This document shows positions 50,161 through 62,618 of a stretch of 64,000 nt of DNA, piece by piece. This stretch comes from Ascidiella aspersa (Eukaryota). Numbering within the stretch: the stretch's first letter is position 1; every line of letters begins with the position of its first letter. A program made the translations under genes and the position numbers. The notes beneath the pieces are model-generated. The model was not told where the DNA came from. It was given only the letters and a program-made list of their open reading frames with translations, and ran no database searches. The stretch is from NCBI GenBank assembly GCA_963924565.1, contig OZ004613.1:9114001-9178000 (forward strand). The letters run 5' to 3'.

Positions 50161-52019
50161 AGCTTGATTTTATCTGCAGCCAGTTGCGAGGTTGCAATAA
50201 GCTAGGAGAAAAAGCGAAAGCCAACAGTGAGTTCAAGGTAACCGTTTCTTATTGCATAAAAATTTTATCACTGTGAATTGAGAAAATTACTATTTATATT
50301 TCAAAGACTTGAAAATCACGCCACTTTAGCTACTAACTCGGTGTTCTGCAGAGCCATGTGTAGACTGTAACCCAAAAGAAATTTTACTGAAATAAATCGG
50401 GAGTCAGATTATTGCCAATTTTAGCTGAAGCCTGTAATCTTTGTGAAAAATAAAGAGGTTTCGTTCACAGTAGTGGCATATTATAATATGAATTGCCCGC
50501 GCTGGGAATTTAACTTTTTAGCTTGCGCTGTCGGCAATGCTACTGTCTGCTTACATATCTGGTCCATAAGTTTCCTTAAAACTAAGCGATTAGAGAAAAT
50601 CAGCTGGCGTCAACGAAGACGTATTGGCCGTGATTGTTTTTGCATTTGTCTGCATTTTTTATCCAGTATTTCATAAGCCAGCACTCATACGATGCCTAAA
50701 CCAAATGGTTGTGAGAGCAAAGGTGAAGTCGAGATCGACGGACATTGCTATATTTCCAAGTGCGTTAAATCGACAGAACAAAGCGTGCTATCTGTAGCCC
50801 ACTCAATTTCTTACTTTACGCGCGGAAGGCAATGAATACGCCTGGTGTTTTTAGTATACCATGTGTCAACGAAAATCGATAGGTGTAAGGACACGTGCCG
50901 AAACTTTCCCTATTTTAATCTAGTTGGCACAATCTGCTGACAACAGAAACTACCGGTACCGAAAAAAGCTTTACTGGGGTCAGATTCCCGATCGGTGCCC
51001 ACTATATCAGGCCCGCGTCAATTCAGGGATGAATTAAACTGCAACATGCCTGACAAAAGAAATGGTAATAACAAGGCTAGAGTTTCTGACCCTAAACCTT
51101 CAACAATGTGGCGCGTGGTACGGCACATCAACGGTCCTTTGAAAACCGTTTTATGCTCCCTTTGGCGTTGAAGACAAACGCTGGTATAACAACCTTGCGT
51201 AATGTGTAGCTTTGTGCAATAACGGAACGCGGAACAGTTATATATGCCCTGGCTATATCGGCATAGGGCTAATAAACTTACCGTTTGAAAGCAATGCTCA
51301 AATATAGCGGCCCCACACGTCTACAGTAATAAAAAAACTAAGTGGCGGCATTCTGGTAGATTTATAGCTGTGGTTTAAATAAGAAAACGGCCCGAAAACA
51401 ATCAGCATTTGCCTACCGTTGCGTTGACCCGGTGGTGGCATTCTAACAAAGGGTAGTATGCCCGACGAATTTTAACTGTCTTCATCGATATATCTCACGC
51501 AAGTATCAAAACACTTGGTTATGGAATTTATCCAAAAAGCTCACCAAACGTTACCCTTTAAAAACACTTAACACTGCAACCTTTTCGTTTGTATTAGGCA
51601 TCAGAATACTCAAGTTTACTACAAAGTTTGCAGGGGCTAAGGTTTCCCAACCCCCGCATAGATTCTAAAAGCAGAACACGCGATTTTTATACGGGATGAT
51701 TTGATAGATTAATTTGTTATATCCCGGTTGACAAGCGTTAAACGACTTGTTCCGAAGTCTGATTTAAACTTAGACATCCTGTTTATTTCTCTGAATCCTG
51801 AAAAGCTTTTAGGTTTATGTGGTTTATCGAAAAACGCGTCTTTATTTTTGTTTTATTTTATGAAGCTCAAACAGAATCTTTAAATACTTTATAACGAATT
51901 TAATGGTAAATCGACATTTTTCAATCGGTTTGTGTTGTTGCATGTTTAATCGGTGTTTTACTTTGGACTTAACGTGCTTAGTCATTGTTTTCACTTGTGA
52001 TTGAGTTCACAAACAAGAC

Positions 52020-52270
52020 TATACGTGACTCACTAACGCGCGAAAAAAAACACGTCATAACCTTTTTCTCGTACGCGTTACTATATATAGCTGCGGAACG
52101 TCGCATCCCGGCATTTCGTCACAAGCGCTTCAGCGTAAGGACCGCCGATTTTTGCTTTGTAAAGTCGAGGACTTCAGTGAAAACAGCCGCAACTGCAGCA
52201 CTGCATTCTGCTGTGTGTAGATGGAAACGCATCCGCAGAAAAATTAAGGTAAGCTTGCTTGAGCTGAAAG
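52020..52270 (+). promoter_or_regulatory. Promoter-like module C with splice donor (GT at 52249); copy C' at about 58398-58685 (GT at 58662)
   Basis: tacgtgac..cgcgcgaaa, acgtcata, TATATATA at 52082, cggcatttcgtc and cgcagaaaaattaag|gtaagcttgct. Confidence 0.55.
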
Positions 52271-53339
52271 TTGTCCAGTATAGAGTTCTTTGCCGAGCAA
52301 ACGCACCGAAAGTCGTTAGCGTGTTGCAGCAAGGGAACTGAAAGCCGCGATGTTTTTGGCGGCGGCTCGCGTTCGGTTTTCCCGCCAAGCTTTCCGATAT
52401 GTCACGTTGGTCTATTGATATGTTGCCTGGTGAAGCTAACTCTATTTTTAAGCCCAAGAAATGTTGTGACAAAATACAACTTGTGACTAATCTATGGTGG
52501 GTCGTTTGATCGACCGACCTGTAAAATAATAAGCTTCCTTATTTACGTTTGGATTGAGCAACGTTGCATAAAACCTGTCGCGCCTTCTCGCTTTTAATTG
52601 CAAATTTACAGGCGGCAAAATTTCACTGGAAATTACGATTTGACTGACGTTTGTGCGTAAGCGTTTTTACTTAAATTGCTTCAAAATGTGAAAATTTGCT
52701 TGTTATAAAGGTACACACCAGTACACGCCCAACGCTGTTTTCATAAGAACCTCTCTTGTTACATTGACCGTATAATTTATCTGCAGACACGGCAGCACCG
52801 AATTCTAAAGGTTTGTGCGAATTGAGATTTTGCATTCGGACAAATTTCATTCCAGATTTTGTTTTACGCGATTTTTTTATATTACGACGAATTTCTTTTA
52901 ACAAGTTCAAAGGAAAGCCAAAGATGGTGTTGTCGTAAGAGCTGCTTTAAATTGTTAGTGTGGCTTTGACTTAAGATAGGCGTTATATTCTACAGGCAAT
53001 GGTCTGGCGCGCCTCATACGTCACGGGTGCCACGTGGCAGCTGAAGGCTAGCCTGGTCGGTTGGCTCGACCTGGTGGAAAAGGGCGCTCACATGCACCAA
53101 ATAAACCGTTCGCAAAGTTTTTGTTATTCACAGTGGCGCATTTCGGTTTTGCGTTGTGTTGTTTTGGAAATACTTGGAACAATTTCGTGTAGCTGATGCC
53201 CTTGTTGGACTTTACAGGCGTTGCCGACTCTTGTCTGCTCATTTACTTGTGTCTGTTGCAGTGATGCAATAATCCTTGCGGTGGCTTCATGGCACAATAT
53301 ATTTTTGGTACGCGTACCACAGTTTGGGAACCGCTGCTC

Positions 53340-56300
53340 TAAAGGCATGTATTTGACTATCTAAGAAAAAACGCTATTCAAAACCACACATCACTGAACG
53401 GTAATTCGCTTATTAGGCCGCTATAGTTGTTTGAAGGGTAAGGTAAGTACTTATCCTAAAATTATAACACCCACCTCGCACGTTATAATGCGAACAAAAT
53501 TTCAATGGTTTAAATTATCCTATACAAACGCTTGATTAGGATTCAAACACTCTCTGGACTCAATACTTATTCAATTTAACAACCCTAAAGCTTATTTGCT
53601 ATGTTATAGTTAGCTGAGAGCCTACGTAAGGGCGCCACAAGCCATAAACGAATGAGAAGCAATGTACAATTTAAAGTACGCGAAGACATTTAAGCGACTT
53701 GGATTTGGCAAATAGGTGACGCAAGGAGTATTTTCTAATCCCGTTCGAAAGATTTCACATCCCAATATCTAGAGCAGTGGTGGGCAATTGTTTTTAAAGC
53801 GGGCCAAATAAAAAAATATGTCTTGGAGTGTCGTGTAAAAAAGGGGATCTCGAATACACGTAATACAACGAGTGATTTATTTTAAGAATTTTTAAATATC
53901 CTTGTCTTGGCAAGCTGGTAAGAGTAGGAACAGGTGAGGATGCCTTCAAGAGTAATCAATTCAATAAAATATTCTGAAAATGCTAAGCCCTTTGTTTGCC
54001 TAAAAAGTTTCAGAGCCGTGATCCGGATTATATTGCTTGACGGACCAGATCCGGCTCGCGGGCCTTATTTTGCCCAGGTTTGATCGAGATTCTAGACCAG
54101 GGGGTGGGCAACATTTTTTTGACAATGGGCCACGTCCAGAGAAAGGGGATTTGAAATGCACACAACTTAGAGTGTGAATCCAAAGATATAGCTATAAACT
54201 TTTTAGTTTTGACAAGATGGTGAGCAGAAACAAGTGAGGATACTTTGCATGTAAAATTCATTCAATAAAATATTTCAAAATTAAAAAAATAACGTACAGG
54301 CATGTTTCTATTAATAGAGTTCTATAAAAAGTAAGCCGCGGGCCATAGTTTGCCCAAGCCTGGTCTAGACCTTCGCCAAAATAATTAATAGTTTAGGCTT
54401 TAAGGATAGTGTAAGGGTTATTACTACCATACATTCATGTTGCAATCGCTAATTAATTTTTCTACTGTTATTTTTAAAAGCAGCACGGTTAAAGCATGCT
54501 ATCGGCGCCTTACACTTTATAGGTTAAGCCTAAACAATAGCTCGCCTTTTGCGATGTTTCTAGAGGAAGTACACAGTCTGGTCTGCCTTTTCACAACTAT
54601 ATTGTGCAGTAACTAACAATTAAAAAAAATTTGGAATAGTGTAGTAAATTGGTTTTGTTGCCAGCACTGCAGGGCGAACTTAATTTAATCCTTTGGCGAA
54701 ATAAAGATTAACAAACTCCGCAGGGAAAAGGGGGGGGTCTTGTATAAAAGCTGAAATCTTACAATTAAGAAATAATAACTTAAAGAAAAGCTGCTTTGTT
54801 GTTATAACTTTGGAGAAAATAAAGCGCAGTAGAATCCAGTAGGAAAAGGCGTGTTATCTCGTAAATACCACTTAACGTAACCCAACACCCTTAATATGTG
54901 TGCACAGTAATCCACACAATCCCTCAATAAATACGCCTCCGTCCGTTGGCTTGTTCGCAGCAAACAGGTTAATATGTTTTACGTCTGCTTTTATAAATAA
55001 AGATGGATTGGTTTTTCTCTGTAAGGTAATCAACGACGACCAAAATCGACAGCGTACAAGTTTAATGCACTGTAAAGTTAGTGCATTAAACCTACAGCTT
55101 TTTTGTACAATTGAAAATGCACCTGCATACTCGATATGCTATTTGCGAAAACTTGATTAAGCAACCAGAATAAACAATTATTGCAAGTGTCTCGTAGTTA
55201 AACAAGCTCTTACGAAAATAGGCAGATGTGCTGAGAAATAAATTTCATTTAGTTTAGTTAAAAAAATAAACTGACAAAAACGAATAGACTTTACAGCTTA
55301 TAAAGTTTGTCAGTAAACCGTTTTTTGTTTTTGTTTAAATCTCCCACAGAATTTGCTAAACGATGTTTTTCATACTCTGGACACATCTTCTTGGTGGCAT
55401 TACACGTATTTTTCTAAAAATAAAGAGAGGTAATTGGTGTATCTGTATCACATTACAGATAGGGAATGGTCCGGACATGCGTAATAATTCTCCTTTTATA
55501 ATCTAGTAAAGATTAAAAACTGCGCGCGTCTAAAAGTAACGCACACACGCTGCACGTGTCTAACGGCACCGACCGGAAATCGCAAAAATCCTTTTATGGG
55601 GATGAAATGCCGATCGCCGCTAATTGATTAACTGTTTTGTCGCCAGTTATGGGACCAAACTTCGATCAATGTCGAGAACAGTTTAAACATCATCCGACCG
55701 GATAATAAGCGAAGCATGGAAGACAGAAAACTGGAATTGGAATCTGAATCCTCTAACAAGAAAAGCGAGAGGTATGAAATGGATTATATCCTAAAGCATA
55801 AGCCTCTCGTAAAACTGAAGGGCTTTAATCGTCTAGTGTGCGAAGCAAATTAAAGACTCAATTTCGTATTATAGCTACGTTTCGTTTAAACATTTCTTCA
55901 GGTACAGACGTTACAGTGATGAAAACATCTAAAGGGGACACAAAATACCCCCAAACCTCCTTTTTGATTCCGAAACCAAACAGCCCCTATTTTGCGGGAA
56001 ATTTCGCTTTTGCTGAAAGTAGCCTCGCCTGTTCAAACCGCTAAATCATTATATTTTTTACTGTGTAAACCGCAACTTTATTCTTATTTTGAAAAGAATG
56101 CAAAGTAAAACAAGTCTCAATAATTGGAATCGTCAAGCAAAACTACTAAACCAAGCGGTGGTCTTAATCAATTCACTTGTTTAATTGTATTTTCTGGTAT
56201 TTTACTCATGACTTCATTTTCTCGTTAGGTCTCTAACGTTTGTTTGCATTCGCTTAAGAAGTGATTTAGTAACGCGCATAATGTCAAAAGATAACAGCTA

Positions 56301-59300
56301 GAACTTCCTTTTTACGACAGCGCGCGAGGCTAGCGCTGCGTCGGCGGCATTTCGTCGTGGCTGCGTTATTTATAGAACCGTCTGGATTATTATATAGCCG
56401 AACGCCGTTTACTAGTTCAAACAGCACAGCTGAAAAGCTAGTCGAAGTGAAATTAAGGCAAAATTGCTGAAGAGTTTTTTGGCGAGCATAAAAGCTTGAT
56501 TTTATCTGCAGCCAGTTGCGAGGTTGCAATAAGCTAGGAGAAAAAGCGAAAGCCAACAGTGAGTTCAAGGTAACCGTTTCTTATTGCATGAAAATTTTAT
56601 CACTGCGAATTGAGAAAATTACTATTTATATCTGAAAGACTTGAAAATCACGCCACTTAAGCTACTAACTCGGTGTTCTGCAGAGCCATGTGTAGACTGT
56701 AACCCAAAAGAAATTTTACTGAAATAAATCGGGAGTCAGATTATTGCCAATTTTAGTTGAAGCCTGTAATCTTTGTGAAAAATAAAGAGGTTTCGTTCAC
56801 AGTAGTGGAATATTATAATATGAATTGCCCGCGCTGGGAATTTAACTTTTTAGCTTGCGCTGTCGGCAATGCTACTGTCTGCTTACATATCTGGTCCATA
56901 AGTTTCCTTAAAACTAAGCGATTAGAGAAAATCAGCTGGCGTCAACGCAGACGTATTGACCGTGATTGTTTTTGCATGTGTCTGCATTTGTTATCCAGTA
57001 TTTCATAAGCCAGTACTCATACGATGCCTAAACCAAATGTTCGTGAGAGCAAAGGTAAAGTCGAGATCGACGGACATTGCTATATTTTCAAGTGCGTTAA
57101 GTCGACAGAACAAAGCGTGCTATCTGTAGCCCACTCAATTTCTTACGCTCAATACATGATCGCCTTGTTTTATTTAACTTTACGCGCGGAAGGCAATGAA
57201 TACGCCTGGTGTTTTTAGTATACCATGTGTCAAATCACGAAAATCGATAGGTGTAAGGACACGTGCCGAAACTTTCCCTATTTTAATCTAGTTGACACAA
57301 TCTGCTGACAACAGGAACTACCGGTACCGAAAAAAGCTTTACTGGGGTCAGATTACCGATCGGTGCCCACTATATCAGGCCCGCGTCCATTCAGGGATGA
57401 GTTAAATCGGCAACATGCCTGACAAAAGAAAAGGTAATCACAAGGCTAGAGTTTCTGACCCTAACCTTCAACAATGTGGCGCGTGGTACGGCACATCAAC
57501 GGTCCTTTGAAAACACTTTCAAATCTTTTTATGCTCTCTTTGGCGTTGAAGACAAACGCTGGTATAACAACCTTGCGTAATGTGTAGCTTTGTGCAATAA
57601 CGGAACGCGGAACAGTTATATATGCCCTGGCTATATTTGCATAGGGCAAATAAACTTACCGTTTGAAAGCAATGCTCAAATATAGCGGCCCCACACGTCT
57701 ACAGTAATAAAAAAACTAAGTGGCGGCATTCTGGTAGATTTATAGCTGTGATTTAAATGAGAAAAAGGCCCGAAAACAATCAGCATTTGCCTACCGTTGC
57801 GTTGACCCGGTGGTGGCATTCTAACAAAGGGTAGTATGCCCGACGAATTTTAACTGTCTTCATCGATATATCTCACGCAAGTATCAAAACACTTGGCTAT
57901 GGAATTTATCCAAAAAGCTCACCAAACGTTACCCTTTAAAAACGCTTAACACTGCAACCTTTTCGTTTGTATTAGGCATCAGAATACTCAAGTTTACTAC
58001 AAAGTTTGCAGGGGCTAAGGTTTCCCCACCCCCGCATAGATTCTAAAAGCAGAACACGCGATTTTTATACGGGATGATTTGATAGATTAATTTGTTATAT
58101 CCCGGTTGACAAGCGTTAAACGACTTGTTCCGAAATCCGACTTAAACTTAGACATCCTGTTTATTTCTCTGAATCCTGAAAAGCTTTTAGGTGTATGTGG
58201 TTTACCGAAAAACGCGTCTTTATTTTTGTTTTATTTTATGAAGCTCAAACAGAATCTTTAAATACTTTATAACGAATTTAATGGTAAATCGACATTTTTC
58301 AATCGGTTTGTGTTGTTGCATGTTTAATCGGTGTTTTACTTTGGACTTAACGTGCTTAGTCAGGGTTTTCACTTGTGATTGAATTCACAAACAAGACTAT
58401 ACGTGACTCAGTAACGCGCGAAACTTCAAAACAAGGGAACACCGGGCGAGCACAGCACGCGTCATAACCTTTTTCTCGTACGCGTTCGCGTTACTGGATA
58501 TAGTTGCGGAACGTCGCACCCCGGCATTTCGTCACAAGCGCGTTAGCGTAAGGACCGCCGATTTTTGCTTTGTAAAGTCGAGGACTTCAGTGAAAACAGC
58601 CGCAACTGCAGCACTGCATTCTACTGTGTATAGATGGAAACGCATCCGCAGAAAAATTAAGGTAAGCTTGCTTGAGCTGAAAGTTGTCCAGTTTAGTTTC
58701 TCGCCAAGCAAATTTACCAAAAGTCGTTAGCGTGTTGCAGCAAGGGAACTAAAAGCCGCGATGTTTTTGGCGGCGGCTCGCGTTCGGTTTTCCCGCCAAG
58801 CTTTCCGATATGTCAGGTTGGTCTATTAATATGTTGCCTGGTGAAGCTAACTCATATTTTTAAGCCCAAGAAATGTTGTGACAAAATGCAACTTGTGACT
58901 AATCTATGGTGGGTCGTTTGATCGACCGACCTGTAAAATAATAAGCTTCCTTATTTACGTTTGGATTGAGCAACGTTGCATAAAACCTGTCGCGCCTTCT
59001 CGCTTTTAATTGCAAATTTACAGGCGGCAAAATTTCACTGGAAATTACGATTTGACTGACATTTGTGCGTAAGCGTTTTTACTTAAATTGCTTCAAAATG
59101 TGAAAATTTGCTTGTTATAAAGGTACACACCAGTACACGCCCAACGCTGTTTTCATAAGAACCTCTCTTGTTACATTGACCGTATAATTTATCTGCAGAC
59201 ACGGCAGCACCGAATTCTAAAGGTTTGTGCGAATTGAGATTTTGCATTCGGACAAATTTCATTCCAGATTTTGTTTTACGCGATTTTTTTATATTACGAC

Positions 59301-59717
59301 GAATTTCTTTTAACAAGTTCAAAGGAAAGCCAAAGATGGTGTTGTCGTAAGAGCTGCTTTAAATTGTTAGTGTGGCTTTGACTTATGATAGGCGTTATAT
59401 TCTACAGGCAATGGTCTGGCGCGCCTCATACGTCACGGGTGCCACGTGGCAGCTGAAGGCTAGCCTGGTCGGTTGGCTCGACCTGGTGGAAAAGGGCGCT
59501 CACATGCACCAAATAAACCGTTCGCAAAGTTTTTGTTATTCACAGTGGCGCATTTCGGTTTTGCGTTGTGTTGTTTTGGAAATACTTGGAACAATTTCGT
59601 GTAGCTGATGCCCTTGTTGGACTTTACAGGCGTTGCCGACTCTTGTCTGCTCATTTACTTGTGTCTGTTGCAGTGATGCAATAATCCTTGCGGTGGCTTC
59701 ATGGCACAATATATTTT
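53340..59717 (+). repeat. Recent direct segmental duplication, a mosaic of 36992-37386, 46270-47277 and about 48405-53306
   Basis: Near-identical sequence; several spurious ORFs recur almost verbatim (for example 52671 vs 59083, 49952 vs 56284). Confidence 0.97.
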
Positions 59718-62348
59718 GCATAATTTCGCGCGACTTTCGGGGTTTTGCGAATCCCTTTTAAACGATGACTAGCATTTTTTCATTTGAGATCTTTAAACAA
59801 TGGCGTTGGTGTCACGCGAGCGAGTTGGTTGAGTTATTAGATTTCCAACCTGGGTTCGGTAGACAAAAACAATCACTCGCCCGTCGTTATGTTGAAAGTT
59901 TAACGCGTTGCACTTCCGCGTGTAATTGAAAGGGAATTGACCGACGTTTTGCTGATTGAATGAATTAACGTCGACTCTGGATATCTCAGTGTTTTTTCGA
60001 TCAATAAACATGATTTGATAAATTATAGATTATTTAGTGTCATTCTTTGTACATTACACCAAAAGCACCTTAAGTCCTCCTTTACTGAAAAAAGGTGACA
60101 GGAGATGGCGCTTGCGTACAACTGAACAATGCGCTTTGTGCAAATATATCTTGTACAAAAAAAAACGTATAAATAATCATGTGTCAAATAAGCAACAACG
60201 AATGTAGCGACATGCAGTGCAACAGCAAGTACATATTTATGTAAAACCAAGCAACAAACTTAAAACTGGTATTCCACGGATTAAAAGTTTGCGAGGGCCG
60301 CATGCCGGGCAGTCCTTATATGGGATGCGCATTCATCTCTAGACTATTATTATCGTGTTATTATTGTCGTGCCGCATGACGCAATAGATCAGCTGGCGTC
60401 CATGCGGATGTATGGCGGTGTTTTGCTCGTATCCAGAATTTTGCAAGCTCATTCGAAATACGACGCCTAATTACAATGTCTGTAGCTTTGTTGTAATACA
60501 TATGTAGTCCAGGACAAGGGTTACACTCCCTATTTATTTTTGTGTTACTTTTGAAAGCAGTACGGCCAAATACAAGGTCCCCATGAAGTCTGGGCTATTA
60601 AGAGAAAATCGCGTGTTTATTTAGCTTGCAGCGCGAAAGAAAGGCATACGTCGTTAAGCCTTGGTTGATTTACTTCAAACCACAAACAAGCACGACTGTA
60701 CACAAAACTCATGCTGCGTGGGAACAAAATCGTAAAGTCGAAACCGAACCCGCAACCGATCTAAGGCAACAAGCAACAAGTGTTGACACGTGAAGGGTGG
60801 CGCCCTCAAATATTTCGAAAGCTGGCCCTTCTGCTTTCATGGGTAACCCGATAGCAAATGGATGAGCTGTTTTGGAGTTTAAATCACAAATGGATGAGCT
60901 TAAATTACAGCAAACCGTGAAACTCTTTGTTAGGGTTAAAGATAACATCAAATCCATAGGAACTATACACGGATGTAACTTGGCTGCTAATAACATGGGA
61001 GTCAGATTCAAATTTGCCTGGGAAGAGGGGGCTTTAAACAGCATACCTTTTATTTTCTGTTTTTTTAGGTTTTTATTTTTAATTTTAGGTTGTCATATTG
61101 ACTCACTTGCATTGTAAGCTTGGTGTGCACTTTTTTGTGTGTGGTAACTGTTAATTTATTATTGGTTTCCTTTGTTTAATTTGCTTTGCTTCACTGCACT
61201 TCAAACAGTAACAAGAAAAACTTATAGCTTAAGTGCAAAACTAATCGCAGATGTACAGGTAGGAAAAGGCGTAGAAGCTGTTTTATCCGAATTTACCCGA
61301 AACCCCGTGATGTGTTTGCGCAGTAACCCACGCCAACACTCAATAAATACAGGCCGCCGCCGCCGCCCATTGCTTGGCAAACAGTTTAATGAGTTTTGCT
61401 TCCGCTTAATGTTGAGAATATTTTCTAAGGGAATTGAAAACGAACAATGTCATGTAATTTAAATAAACAATGTATCATATTGTGCAAAACATAATTATAA
61501 CTTTTTGTTGTGTTAAAAAAGCCATCTCTAGCCAGCAAATGGTGTTTGTTGGCACGAAAATACGAATTTTTCAAAATCACACGTGACTTGACTTATTAGG
61601 CGTCGCAACTTGGCATTTTTTCACAACAGACCGACGAACCGCGTTGGCGATACCTTTGTGAGATCTACTGCGCATTGTCGGTGATGAATCGATAGTTAGC
61701 CGCGCGCTTCTGAGAGTTAAGTTAGCTTTAGGTTAATTCCAGTAATAAGTCGGTAATCTTTGTTAAAGAATTCCAACTGACTTAATCTGTGTGCCGTCGA
61801 CAAAGCTCAGCGTAAACTCATATTTGTCTTGCTGAATTGTTTAGCTAAACGTAGAGTTCTTTTCTGGGAAAGTAGTAGTGCAGGGTTTATCGTGCGAGAT
61901 GTTTGAGGCTATGTGCATTATTTTGCTATTGTGGTCAATTGGGCGGAGGCTTGCTTGCCACTTGGTACAAGAAAGCTTGTTTGTCCAGTTAACTGGGGGT
62001 TGCGACATACTAACAGGTCGGACTCGCGAACAAAAGTAACGTTTTAAGAGGGTTATATGAATACCAGCGGCGTTTCTCAACCAGTAGGTCGTAATTTGTT
62101 TTATTAAGCTATTTAAATTTTGATGCAATGTTGATAAACCTGTTGGAACGCACATTTTATTTTGTTTAGGTAATTTTGCTATGATTTTTTTTCGCTTTTT
62201 TTTCGTATTCCACAAGCGCTGCCAGTTTGGCAATAGAATTAAAATTCATTTGTTATTTGTTATAACTGTTTCTCGTCAAACATTTTTGTCCGCTCAATAA
62301 AAACAAAAAGGCTGTTGTTGAAAGTGAGTCGCGGCGTTGAGACTCTAG

Positions 62349-62618
62349 CAGTGCTTCCCAACATTTTTGTCCTGTGCACCCTTTTGGTCAATATTCAAAT
62401 CTTTCCCCTTCCAAATTTAGTTTGCTAAACTATTGTTTACATTACTATTTCAATGTAATTCTTAGAACAAATATTAAACTCTAGATTACAAGCTGTATAG
62501 CCTCTATACGAGAACTTTCTTTTTGCTCAGCTTATATATGGCAAATGCAGCAATAACAACATGTAGCACAGTCACATACAAAAAGTAGTGGAGAATTTCC
62601 CCTGGTTGGGAACCACTG
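62349..62618 (+). mobile_element. MITE (CAGTGCTTCCCAAC ... GTTGGGAACCACTG)
   Basis: Clear 14-bp terminal inverted repeats. Confidence 0.8.

Noticed and set aside
44880-58690. Cassette donors as spliced-leader (SL) RNA genes
   Set aside because: Copies are too diverged, there is no invariant short leader, and I could not identify an Sm-binding site.
49500-59721. Pairs of near-identical ORFs suggesting a duplicated protein family
   Set aside because: Identity is explained by the recent DNA duplication; frameshifts differ between copies and there are no domain features.
60709-61117. Overlapping 111-aa and 81-aa ORFs
   Set aside because: No recognisable domain or convincing splice sites; could be an old retroelement fragment but I cannot support that.
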